Shown in pieces: positions 17,005 to 26,631 of a DNA stretch of 36,307 nucleotides; position 1 is the first letter of the stretch; each line of letters starts with the position of its first letter. The position numbers and the translations under genes were made by a program. The notes under the pieces were generated by a model that did not search any database, was not told the DNA's origin, and saw only the letters and a program-made list of their open reading frames with translations. Source of the stretch: an uncultured Clostridia bacterium (GTDB lineage Bacteria; Bacillota; Clostridia; TANB77; CAG-508); the NCBI GenBank assembly GCA_947627785.1, contig CANQXC010000108.1:1-36307 (forward strand), read 5' to 3'.

Positions 17005-18873
17005 ATGGAAACAAAATATTATAATCCAAAAGTATCAATTATAATACCAGTATATAATGGAGCAAATTTTTTAAAAAAAGCAATAGATAGTGCTTTAAAT
17101 CAAACATATAAAAATATTGAAATAATTGTTGTAAACGATGGCTCAACAGATGAAAACAAAACAGAAGATATAATACTAAAATATGGTGCAAAAATAAAGT
17201 ATTTTAAGAAAAAAAATGGTGGAGTTTCTTCGGCTCTAAATTTGGGAATAAAAAATATGACTGGAGAATATTTTTCATGGCTTAGTCATGATGATATGTA
17301 TTATTCTCATAAGATAGAAGAACAAATTAAATTTATTAACGAAAATAATTTAAAAGGTAAGGATGTTATTTTATATAGTGATTATTCTATAATAGATGAA
17401 AATGATAATATAACTGCAATATGTAAAAAAAATCATAAGGAAATAGAACAAAAACCGGAATATACTTTATTAAGAGGAAATTTAAATGGAATAACAATAC
17501 TAATACCAAAAAGAGCATTTGACGATTTTGGATATTTTGATGAAAACCTTATGTGTGCTCAAGACTATGATATGTGGAAAAAAATGATGAAAAAATATAA
17601 ATTTATTCATCAAGAAAGTGTATTATCAATGACTAGAGTACATGAAAATCAAGATACACATGTAAATCCTAAGGTTATAACAGAAGGAAATCAAATATGG
17701 CTTGATTTAATAGAAGATGTTTCAGATGCTAGAAAAATTGAAATAGAGGGAAGCATATATAAATATTACGAAGAAATGAGTAACTTTTTATCTGAAACAC
17801 CATACAACGAAGCTAAAAAACATTGCGATAGCAAAATGAAAGAAATAGAAGATGATGCAGAAAAAAAATTAAAGGATATAAAAGTAAGTGTTATAATCCC
17901 ATTTTATAATAGAGTAGATTTAACAATAAATGCTATAAATTCAGTTTTAAATCAAACACACAAAAACATAGAAATAGTATTAATAAATGATGGTTCAACA
18001 GAAGATACACAAAAATTAGAAATTTATATTAATAATAAAATAGTAAAATATATAGATTCAAAAGAAAATCATGGTACAGGATATAGTAGAAATACAGGAA
18101 TAAAAAACGCTACTGGTGATTATATTGCGTTTCTAGATAACGATGATATATTTTTAGAAACAAAAATTGAAAAACAGTTAAAGAAAATGATTTTATATAA
18201 AGCAATATTTTCACATACATCTTATATAAAAAAAGACTATGATGGATATTCAGAAATAATAGAAACAGGAAATTTAAAGGGAAGATTATATCCTAATGTA
18301 ATTGGCGGATGTACGATTGCTACACCTACTGTTATGATAAAAAGAGACTATTTAATAAAAAATAATATATGGTATATAGATAATTTATCATTAGGAGAAG
18401 ATATATGTTTTTATATACAATTATTGCAAAACATTGATGTAGTTGGTATAAAAGAACCATTAAGTATAGTAAACATAAATGAAAAAAGTACAGCCTATAA
18501 TTATGAAAAACAGTTAGACGGAATAAAAAATATATTAAGATTTGTATTAAAAAGTGAAGAACATAGCAGATATAATTGGGAAATTTATAGATTGTTTAAG
18601 GAATTTATAAGAGTGTATAATGTTAGGCATGACATCTATGATGGCATAAATAGATATATGGAAGAAAATGAAAAACTATGCAAACAATTAATGAAATTAG
18701 AAACTAAATATAATAATTCAGAGAACGCAATAATTTTATTAAATAATGAAATAAAAGATTTAATGCAATCAACGAGTTGGAAAGTAACAGCACCACTAAG
18801 AAAAATATCATTATATATAAAGGAATTCTTTAGAAAAATAAAAAGGATAATAAAGAGAAAAGGAGAAAAATAA
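17005..18873 (+). CDS. Tandem GT2-GT2 glycosyltransferase with a C-terminal coiled coil
   Basis: Two GT2 cores (VSIIIPVYNG...VVNDGSTD...SHDD and VSVIIPFYNR...LINDGSTED...LDNDD), then a coiled-coil segment and an SWKVTAPLRK motif. Confidence 0.78.
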   Translation: METKYYNPKVSIIIPVYNGANFLKKAIDSALNQTYKNIEIIVVNDGSTDENKTEDIILKYGAKIKYFKKKNGGVSSALNLGIKNMTGEYFSWLSHDDMYYSHKIEEQIKFINENNLKGKDVILYSDYSIIDENDNITAICKKNHKEIEQKPEYTLLRGNLNGITILIPKRAFDDFGYFDENLMCAQDYDMWKKMMKKYKFIHQESVLSMTRVHENQDTHVNPKVITEGNQIWLDLIEDVSDARKIEIEGSIYKYYEEMSNFLSETPYNEAKKHCDSKMKEIEDDAEKKLKDIKVSVIIPFYNRVDLTINAINSVLNQTHKNIEIVLINDGSTEDTQKLEIYINNKIVKYIDSKENHGTGYSRNTGIKNATGDYIAFLDNDDIFLETKIEKQLKKMILYKAIFSHTSYIKKDYDGYSEIIETGNLKGRLYPNVIGGCTIATPTVMIKRDYLIKNNIWYIDNLSLGEDICFYIQLLQNIDVVGIKEPLSIVNINEKSTAYNYEKQLDGIKNILRFVLKSEEHSRYNWEIYRLFKEFIRVYNVRHDIYDGINRYMEENEKLCKQLMKLETKYNNSENAIILLNNEIKDLMQSTSWKVTAPLRKISLYIKEFFRKIKRIIKRKGEK

Positions 18874-18875
18874 AA

Positions 18876-20780
18876 ATGAATTTTAACCCTAAGATAACAA
18901 TTATAATTCCTGTATATAATGGCTCAAATTTTATAAAGAAAGCAATAGAAAGTGCAATTAATCAAACATATAAAAATATTGAAATTATAGTAGTAAATGA
19001 TGGTTCAACAGATAACGGAAAAACAGAAAAAATAGTAAAAACGTTTGATGATAAAATAAAATATATAAATAAAAAAAATGGAGGAGTAGCATCTGCTTTA
19101 AATGAAGGTATAAAAAATGCCACAGGAGACTATATATCATGGCTTAGTCATGATGATGAATATTTGCCACAAAAAATAGAAAAACAAATAGACGTTATAA
19201 ATAATTTAGCAGACAAGAATACAATTATTTTTTCTAATTTTGAACTAATAAATGAAAAGGATCAAAAAATAACAACAACTAATTTTACCAAAAACATAAG
19301 TAAAGAAAAATTGTGTCAGGGAATATATCCAATTTTAAAGGGTTGTGTAAATGGTTGTTCTACATTAATTGCAAAGAAATGCTTTGAAGAAATAGGTTAT
19401 TTTAGAGAAGACTTAAAAACTACAAATGACTATGAAATGTGGACGAGATTATTCAATAAATTTCAATCATATTTTATCGAAGAACCATTAATTAGATATA
19501 GAATACATGAAAATCAAGATACAAATAAAAATCCTGCATATATAACAGAATCTAATGAATTATGGAAAAATATAATAAATTCTTTAACAAAAGAACAAAT
19601 AGAGAGTTGGAATCTAGAAGAATTTAATGTATATATGACATTATATATTCAAATGAAAAATAGCAAATTTAATGAAGCGGCAGATATAGCTTATAAAAAG
19701 GCACAAGAAATATATTTAAAAAATGTTCCTAAAATAAGTATTGCTATGCCTTGTTATAATGCAAGTAAATATATTTTTACTGCAATAAAAAGTATATTAG
19801 AGCAGTCATATTGTAATTTTGAATTATTAGTAGTTGATGATAACTCAGAAGACGAAACATTAAGCTTGGTGCAAGAATATTCAAAGCATGATTTTAGAAT
19901 AAAAGTTTTAAACAATGAATTCGAAAAAGGTGTATCAGGTGCAATGAATACTGCAATAAAATATGCAAGAGGTAAATATTTTACAAGAATGGATAGTGAT
20001 GATATAAGCATTATAGATAGATTAGAAAAACAAATTAATTTTTTAGAAGAACATAAAGAGTATAAAGTATGTTCAGTAAATATTTCTATGATAGATGAAT
20101 TTAATAATGTATATAATGATTCAGTATATCCAGATTCAAAAATACCTCATGAATGGACATTTATGTGGACAAATCCAATTCCAAATGCACCTTGTATGTA
20201 TTTATTTGAAATAATAAAAGATAATAATTTACAATTTAGCAATTTAAAAACAGCAGAGGATTATGAATTTTTAAGCCACATAATTACAAAAACTAAAGTT
20301 TATATGATAAATGAACCATTATATTATTATAGACATACGAGTAATAGTCTTTTTAATGGCAATATAAAAGAAACATTTAGAAATTCATTAGATATTAGTA
20401 AAAAATATTTTAAAGAAGTAACTCAAAATCAAATACCACCATATTATGATAATTTAACATATTTTATGAATGAAGACTGTGAAATAATTAATGAAGACAT
20501 AAAAGTAGTTAATAGATTTTTAATGGATACAGCAAATAGATATAAAAATTATTTTAATTGGACAGAAGAAGAATACAATTTAGTTATAGATTCAATACCA
20601 GAAATATTAGAAAGATATGTAATATTAAAAACAGGTATTAAACAATTTGAACCAACAGCACAAAATCAAGCTTCAAAACTTTCATCAATAAAAAGATTAA
20701 TAAAAAAGGTAATTAAATATTTAAAAGAAAACGGATTAAAAAAGACAATAAAAGCAATTATAAATAAAATAATAACATAA
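18876..20780 (+). CDS. Tandem GT2-GT2 glycosyltransferase (paralog of 17005-18873)
   Basis: Two GT2 cores (ITIIIPVYNG...VVNDGSTD...SHDD and ISIAMPCYNA...VVDDNSED...MDSDD). The N-terminal domain is near-identical in long stretches to that of the preceding gene. Confidence 0.78.
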   Translation: MNFNPKITIIIPVYNGSNFIKKAIESAINQTYKNIEIIVVNDGSTDNGKTEKIVKTFDDKIKYINKKNGGVASALNEGIKNATGDYISWLSHDDEYLPQKIEKQIDVINNLADKNTIIFSNFELINEKDQKITTTNFTKNISKEKLCQGIYPILKGCVNGCSTLIAKKCFEEIGYFREDLKTTNDYEMWTRLFNKFQSYFIEEPLIRYRIHENQDTNKNPAYITESNELWKNIINSLTKEQIESWNLEEFNVYMTLYIQMKNSKFNEAADIAYKKAQEIYLKNVPKISIAMPCYNASKYIFTAIKSILEQSYCNFELLVVDDNSEDETLSLVQEYSKHDFRIKVLNNEFEKGVSGAMNTAIKYARGKYFTRMDSDDISIIDRLEKQINFLEEHKEYKVCSVNISMIDEFNNVYNDSVYPDSKIPHEWTFMWTNPIPNAPCMYLFEIIKDNNLQFSNLKTAEDYEFLSHIITKTKVYMINEPLYYYRHTSNSLFNGNIKETFRNSLDISKKYFKEVTQNQIPPYYDNLTYFMNEDCEIINEDIKVVNRFLMDTANRYKNYFNWTEEEYNLVIDSIPEILERYVILKTGIKQFEPTAQNQASKLSSIKRLIKKVIKYLKENGLKKTIKAIINKIIT

Positions 20781-20806
20781 ATTATTAATGCTTGCAGGAG
20801 GTTAAT

Positions 20807-22405
20807 ATGCAAGATAAAATAAACGTATTAGAAGTTAATAACATTGATTTGGTAGGAAGAAGATTTAATGGATATGATTTGTTAGAATATAGTAAGAATG
20901 ATGAAAGTCTTTATATAAATCAAAAGGTTATATATAAGAAATCTAATAATGAAAGAGTAAGCCCAATTTTAAAAAATTTTGAGCAGATGTTAATATTAGA
21001 AAAGCTAGAAAAATTTGAAAATGATGAATTATCTATTCATTCTAATTTATCTATAACATCACCTGCCTTAATAAATAGTCAGGAATATAAAAATGCAGAT
21101 ATAATACATTTCCAAATGTTCCATAATACGAAACTTTCACTTATATCTTTATTACAAATTTGTAGAGAAAAAAAAGTAGTAATATCATTTCATGATCCTT
21201 GGTCAATAACAGGTAGATGTGTACATTTTGGTGACTGTGAGAATTGGAAAACAGGATGCAATAAATGTCCTAATATAAATACATTGTTTACATTTAAAGA
21301 GGATAATTGTAATATAATGTGGAAACTAAAAAAATGGATATATAATAATATAGATATAAACATTGTAGTTCCAAGTAAATATATATATGATTTAGTAAAA
21401 CAGAGTCCACTAACAAAACATTTCGAGAATGTGCACATTATACCGTTAGGTATAGATTTAGACTTTTTCAATGATAAAATAGGAAAAAAAGAAGCAAGAA
21501 AAGAATTAAATTTACCAGAAAAAGATATAGTTATTTTTTTAAGAGCACAAGATGCTTTAAAAGGTACAAAATATGTTGTAGAAGCATTAGAAAAGTTAGA
21601 AACTGATAAACATATAACAGTTTTAACGTGTGATGAAAAAAATAAACTAAATACAATAAAAGAAAAATATAATATAGTAGATATGGGAACAATGGATGAT
21701 AAACAATTACTATATGCATATAATGCATGCGACATGTTTTTAATGCCCTCTAAAGGGGAAAGCTTTGGAATGATGGCAGTAGAAGCAATGGCATGTTCAA
21801 GACCCGTTATTGTGTTTGATAATACAGCTTTACCATCAGTTACATTTGCACCCGAATGTGGTGTGTTAGTAGAAAATAATAATTCAATAAAACTAATGGA
21901 AGCTATAAAACATTTAATAGATAATCCAGAAGAAGGAGAAAAAAGAGGATTATTAGGTAGAAAAATTGCAGAAGAAAATTATAACATAAAAAAATATAAC
22001 GAGAATTTAATTAATTTATATAAAGCAATTGCTGAATCAAAAAAGAAACAGATAAAATTATTAGATTTAGATAAAATAAACTATAATTCTAAGGAAGCAT
22101 TAAAAATCCAATACAAATTAAATAAATTTACGGAGAACAATTTTAAAAAAAATAGTAAAAATTACAATGAATTAATTTATAATAATATAGAAGATATAGA
22201 AGAAAAAATAGATTATTCTAATTTAGATGTGCAAAAGATAATTAATGAATATAACAATAAGCTATATGATATAGTAACAAATGGGAAAAAAAATAATATA
22301 TTTATTCAATTTAAAAATGCGTTAAATTTAATTATAACAGATAGAAATCGATTAAAGAATAGTATACAATATAAAATAAATTGTATTTTAAAAAAAAGGA
22401 ATTAA
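20807..22405 (+). CDS. GT4-family (GT-B) glycosyltransferase with a Cys4 cluster and a C-terminal extension
   Basis: C-terminal GT-B nucleotide-sugar motif (PSKGESFGMMAVEAMACSRPVIVFD). I prefer the ATG at 20807, with a GGAGG RBS, over the track start at 20792. Confidence 0.75.
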   Translation: MQDKINVLEVNNIDLVGRRFNGYDLLEYSKNDESLYINQKVIYKKSNNERVSPILKNFEQMLILEKLEKFENDELSIHSNLSITSPALINSQEYKNADIIHFQMFHNTKLSLISLLQICREKKVVISFHDPWSITGRCVHFGDCENWKTGCNKCPNINTLFTFKEDNCNIMWKLKKWIYNNIDINIVVPSKYIYDLVKQSPLTKHFENVHIIPLGIDLDFFNDKIGKKEARKELNLPEKDIVIFLRAQDALKGTKYVVEALEKLETDKHITVLTCDEKNKLNTIKEKYNIVDMGTMDDKQLLYAYNACDMFLMPSKGESFGMMAVEAMACSRPVIVFDNTALPSVTFAPECGVLVENNNSIKLMEAIKHLIDNPEEGEKRGLLGRKIAEENYNIKKYNENLINLYKAIAESKKKQIKLLDLDKINYNSKEALKIQYKLNKFTENNFKKNSKNYNELIYNNIEDIEEKIDYSNLDVQKIINEYNNKLYDIVTNGKKNNIFIQFKNALNLIITDRNRLKNSIQYKINCILKKRN

Positions 22406-22412
22406 TAATAAA

Positions 22413-23711
22413 ATGAAGGACAAGTTAAGTAAATTTATATCATTAATTAAAAAATATGGCTTAATAACTACAATAAAAAAAGTTATAGGATATATTTTAT
22501 CTGGTTTTATAAGTTTTCTTGATAGTATAAATGTTTTACAAAATAAAAAGATTTCAGAACAGTTAGATGATATAATAAATAAAAGTGAATATGAAAGAAT
22601 AATAATATGGCGTAGTACATTTGGATGGAATGTACCATTATTTCAACGCCCACAGCACATTTCACTTAATTTATCAAGGCAAAAATGTTTAGTATTTTAT
22701 GAAGTAACACATTTTACTGATAAAGTTAAAAATATAAAAAAACAAGATAAAAATTTGATATTAATAAATTTTGAAAATAAAATGGCAAAAAAAATTTTAT
22801 TTTCAAAGTTAAAACATATAAGTAAACCTAAATATATACAAATATATTCAACTGACTGGAATATGAAATTAGAAGAATTGAAAAATTACATAGCAAATGG
22901 ATATAAAATAATATATGAATATATAGATGAAATTAATCCAATACTTACAGGTACGAAGGAAGTTCCAATAAACATACAAGAAAAATATAAATATATGTTG
23001 GAAGACAAAAAGAATGTATTTGTTGTAGTAACAGCAGATAAGTTAAAAGAAGATATTGAAGCTAAAAGAGGAACAGAAAATTTAGTATTTGCTTGTAATG
23101 GAGTAGATTATGAACATTATCAAAATATATATGCAAATTTTAAATTTGACACAGAATTTCAAGAAATATTAGCTGAAAAAAAGCCAATTATAGGATATTA
23201 TGGTGCATTTGCTAGTTGGTTTGACTATGAAATGATTAGAAAATTGGCAACAGATAGACCACAATATAATATAGTTTTAATTGGAACAAAATATGATGAT
23301 ACATTGGAAAAATCAGGAATAGAACAATTAAGTAATGTTCATTTTTTAGGTACAAAAAGCTACAATGTATTAAAAAATTATGCAAATAAATTTAATGTAT
23401 GCACAGTACCATTTATAATAAATGATATAACAAAAGCAACATCACCATTAAAAATATTTGAATATATGGCACTTGGAAAACCAATAGTAACAACAGCAAT
23501 GGATGAATGTATAAAATATAAATCAATATTTATAGCAAACAATAAAGAAGAATTTGTTAAACTAATAGACATGGCATTAAAATTAGACAAAACGAAAAAT
23601 GAACAATATTATAATACTTTAAGGAAAGAAGCTCTAGAAAATACTTGGCAACATAAAACAGAAGAAATATTACAATTATTAAAAAATGATGAAATAAAAA
23701 ATAAGGAATAA
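22413..23711 (+). CDS. GT-B glycosyltransferase (GT4/TuaH-like)
   Basis: IIGYYGAFASWFDYEMI.....P.YNIVLIG......VHFLGTKSY..L..Y....NVC.VPF......KATSPLKIFEYMALGKPIVTT. It is paralogous to the N-terminal half of the 10588-12567 protein. Confidence 0.7.
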   Translation: MKDKLSKFISLIKKYGLITTIKKVIGYILSGFISFLDSINVLQNKKISEQLDDIINKSEYERIIIWRSTFGWNVPLFQRPQHISLNLSRQKCLVFYEVTHFTDKVKNIKKQDKNLILINFENKMAKKILFSKLKHISKPKYIQIYSTDWNMKLEELKNYIANGYKIIYEYIDEINPILTGTKEVPINIQEKYKYMLEDKKNVFVVVTADKLKEDIEAKRGTENLVFACNGVDYEHYQNIYANFKFDTEFQEILAEKKPIIGYYGAFASWFDYEMIRKLATDRPQYNIVLIGTKYDDTLEKSGIEQLSNVHFLGTKSYNVLKNYANKFNVCTVPFIINDITKATSPLKIFEYMALGKPIVTTAMDECIKYKSIFIANNKEEFVKLIDMALKLDKTKNEQYYNTLRKEALENTWQHKTEEILQLLKNDEIKNKE

Positions 23712-23715
23712 TTAT

Positions 23716-24447
23716 ATGAATAAAGAACAAATTTTAGGTTTTGATGTAATTACATATAATATGCAAGAATTGTTACAAAGAATTTTTGAAGATTACAAAA
23801 ATAACGAGCAATTATTTATAGTAAATATAAATCCAGAAATTGCTGTAACATATTATAAAGATAAGGAATTTAAACAAACATTAAATAATGAAAAATATCA
23901 AATTCCAGATGGAAGCGGAATAGTATGGGCATCAAAAAAACAAAAAGGCAAAATAAAAGAAAGAATTACAGGCATAGACTTAATGCTTAAAATATGTGAA
24001 GAATCACAGGAATTTGGAAACAATGTATTTTTGTATGGAGGAAAAGAAAACATTGCCAATAAAGCAAAAGAAGAATTAGAAAAACAATATCCAAAGATAA
24101 AAATTATAGGAACTAATAATGGATATGATGATGAAAAAAAGGTAATTCAAAGATTAAAGGAAATGCCAGTTGATATATTATTTGTAGGACTTGGTTCACC
24201 CAAACAAGAAAAATTTATAATAGAGCATAGAAAAGAATTAAAAAATATAAAAATATTAATGCCAGTTGGTGGTTCATTTGATGTAATAAGTAAAACAAAA
24301 AAAAGAGCACCAGATTGGACTATAAAATATAATATAGAATGGCTATATAGGCTTATAAAAGAGCCAAAAAGAATATTTAGGCAAACAAAACTTGTAAAAT
24401 TTATAATTTTAGTAATGTTTAATAAGCATAAAAAATCAAATGAATAA
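23716..24447 (+). CDS. tagA: WecG/TagA/CpsF-family (GT26) N-acetylmannosaminyltransferase
   Basis: Family motifs NINPEI, PDGSGIVWASK, GLGSPKQEKFI, MPVGGSFDV, EWLYRL..EP.R, at 243 aa. Confidence 0.85.
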   Translation: MNKEQILGFDVITYNMQELLQRIFEDYKNNEQLFIVNINPEIAVTYYKDKEFKQTLNNEKYQIPDGSGIVWASKKQKGKIKERITGIDLMLKICEESQEFGNNVFLYGGKENIANKAKEELEKQYPKIKIIGTNNGYDDEKKVIQRLKEMPVDILFVGLGSPKQEKFIIEHRKELKNIKILMPVGGSFDVISKTKKRAPDWTIKYNIEWLYRLIKEPKRIFRQTKLVKFIILVMFNKHKKSNE

Positions 24448-24508
24448 TTTGAATTTTATTCATTAATTTATGAAAAATTAAGTAAACATGAAAGGAATGT
24501 AATATATA

Positions 24509-25621
24509 ATGGATAAAATAAAGGTAATGACAATATTTGGAACAAGACCAGAAGCAATAAAAATGGCACCACTTGTAAAAGAATTAAAAAAAAGGGAAGA
24601 AATAGAGTGTATAGTATGTGTTACAGCACAACATAGACAAATGCTAGATCAAGTATTAGAGGTGTTTAGCATAATACCAGATTATGACTTAAATATAATG
24701 AAGGAAGGACAAACTTTAAGTGATATAACAAGTAGAGCATTAAAGGGTTTAGAGCAAGTAATAAAAGAAGTAAAACCAAATATTGTACTAGTACATGGTG
24801 ATACAACAACAACATTTGCAGGAGCACTTGCTGCATATTATAGCCAAGTAGATGTCGGCCATGTTGAGGCAGGATTAAGAACATGGAATAAATACTCACC
24901 ATATCCGGAAGAAATGAATAGACAAATGGTAGGAGTTATAGCAGACATGCATTTTGCTCCAACAGAAAATAGTAAAAACAGTTTATTAAAAGAAGGAAAG
25001 AAAATAGAAAACATATATGTAACAGGAAATACAGCAATAGATGCTTTGGCAACAACAATAAAAAAGGATTATACACATCCAGTTTTCGAATGGCTTGGAG
25101 GAGATAAGTTAATATTACTTACCGCTCATAGGAGAGAAAATTTGGGAGAGCCTATGAGACATATGTTTAAGGCAATAAAAAGAATAGTTAATGAATTTGA
25201 AGGTATAAAAGTAGTATATCCAGTACATTTAAATCCAAAGGTTAGAGAGGTAGCAAATGAAATACTTGGAAATGATGATAGAATAAGATTAATAGAACCA
25301 CTAGAGGTAATAGATTTCCATAATTTTATAAATAGAGCACATATCATTTTAACAGATAGTGGAGGAATACAAGAGGAGGCACCAGGTCTAGGAAAACCAG
25401 TATTAGTATTAAGAGATACAACAGAAAGACCAGAAGGAATAGAAGCTGGAACACTTAAACTTGCAGGAACTGATGAAGAAAAAATATATAATCTTACAAA
25501 AGAATTATTAACAAATAAAGAAACATATGAACAAATGAGTAAAGCTACAAATCCATATGGAGATGGAAAAGCAAGTAAAAGAATTGCAGATGCAATTATA
25601 AAAAGATATATAAAAGAATAA
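24509..25621 (+). CDS. mnaA: UDP-N-acetylglucosamine 2-epimerase (non-hydrolysing)
   Basis: VMTIFGTRPEAIKMAPLV, TAQHRQMLDQVL, VHGDTTTT, HVEAGLRT, TDSGGIQEEAP.LGKPVLV.R..TERPEG. Confidence 0.9.
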   Translation: MDKIKVMTIFGTRPEAIKMAPLVKELKKREEIECIVCVTAQHRQMLDQVLEVFSIIPDYDLNIMKEGQTLSDITSRALKGLEQVIKEVKPNIVLVHGDTTTTFAGALAAYYSQVDVGHVEAGLRTWNKYSPYPEEMNRQMVGVIADMHFAPTENSKNSLLKEGKKIENIYVTGNTAIDALATTIKKDYTHPVFEWLGGDKLILLTAHRRENLGEPMRHMFKAIKRIVNEFEGIKVVYPVHLNPKVREVANEILGNDDRIRLIEPLEVIDFHNFINRAHIILTDSGGIQEEAPGLGKPVLVLRDTTERPEGIEAGTLKLAGTDEEKIYNLTKELLTNKETYEQMSKATNPYGDGKASKRIADAIIKRYIKE

Positions 25622-25675
25622 GATATCGATTTAACTAAATACTAATTATATAAAATAAAAAAGAGGTTATTTTAA

Positions 25676-26614
25676 ATGAAAAAAATATCGATAGTCATAC
25701 CAATGTATTATGAACAAGAAGTTGCTACTGAATGTTACAATAGAGTTACATCTGTCTGTAAAAATATTGCAGATTACGAATATGAAATAATATTTGTAAA
25801 TGATGGAAGTAAAGACAAAACATTAGAAATTCTTGAAAGTATTGCTAAGCAAAATAAGGCTGTAAAAATAATTTCATTTTCAAGAAACTTTGGACATCAA
25901 GCTGCTGTTACTGCTGGATTAAAATTTGTAACAGGAGATGCAATAGTTATAATAGATGCAGATTTACAAGATCCGCCAGAATTAATTCCAGAAATGTTGA
26001 ACCTTTGGGAACAAGGTAACGAAGTAATTTATGGAAAGAGGAAAGAAAGAGAAGGTGAATCTAAATTTAAACTTCTCACAGCAAGTATGTTTTATAAAAC
26101 GCTAAATGCATTATCAGATGTAGAAATACCAGAAAACACAGGCGATTTTAGATTAGTAGATAGAAAGGTGGTAGATGTAGTAAATGCATTGCCAGAACAT
26201 AATAAATTTTTAAGAGGTTTATTTAGTTGGGTTGGTTTCAAGCAGTATGAATATGAATATAATCGTAAAGAACGTTTTGCCGGAAAAACAAAATATCCAT
26301 TAAAAAAGATGTTAAAACTTGCATCAGATGGAATAATAAGTTTTTCAACAAAACCCTTAAAATTATTAGCTGGTTTAGGAATATTTTCCATATTAATATC
26401 AATTGCTATTTTAATATATGCACTGATATCATATGCATTTGACTTAAATAATTTAACTGCAGGATGGACATCACTTATGGTAGCAATTACTTTTTTTGCA
26501 GGTGTTCAGCTTTTATCAATATGGATAATGTCCGAATACATTGGAAGAATCTATGATGAAACGAAAAATAGACCACAATATATAATTGATAAAATGATAA
26601 ATATAGATAAATAA
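25676..26614 (+). CDS. GT2 polyprenyl-phosphate sugar synthase (GtrB/CsbB/GacI-like)
   Basis: SIVIPMYYE...FVNDGSKD...FSRNFGHQAA..AG......GDA.V.IDADLQDPPELIPEM, GDFRL.DR, and two C-terminal TM helices. Confidence 0.8.
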   Translation: MKKISIVIPMYYEQEVATECYNRVTSVCKNIADYEYEIIFVNDGSKDKTLEILESIAKQNKAVKIISFSRNFGHQAAVTAGLKFVTGDAIVIIDADLQDPPELIPEMLNLWEQGNEVIYGKRKEREGESKFKLLTASMFYKTLNALSDVEIPENTGDFRLVDRKVVDVVNALPEHNKFLRGLFSWVGFKQYEYEYNRKERFAGKTKYPLKKMLKLASDGIISFSTKPLKLLAGLGIFSILISIAILIYALISYAFDLNNLTAGWTSLMVAITFFAGVQLLSIWIMSEYIGRIYDETKNRPQYIIDKMINIDK

Positions 26615-26631
26615 AGAATAGGAAAAAATAA

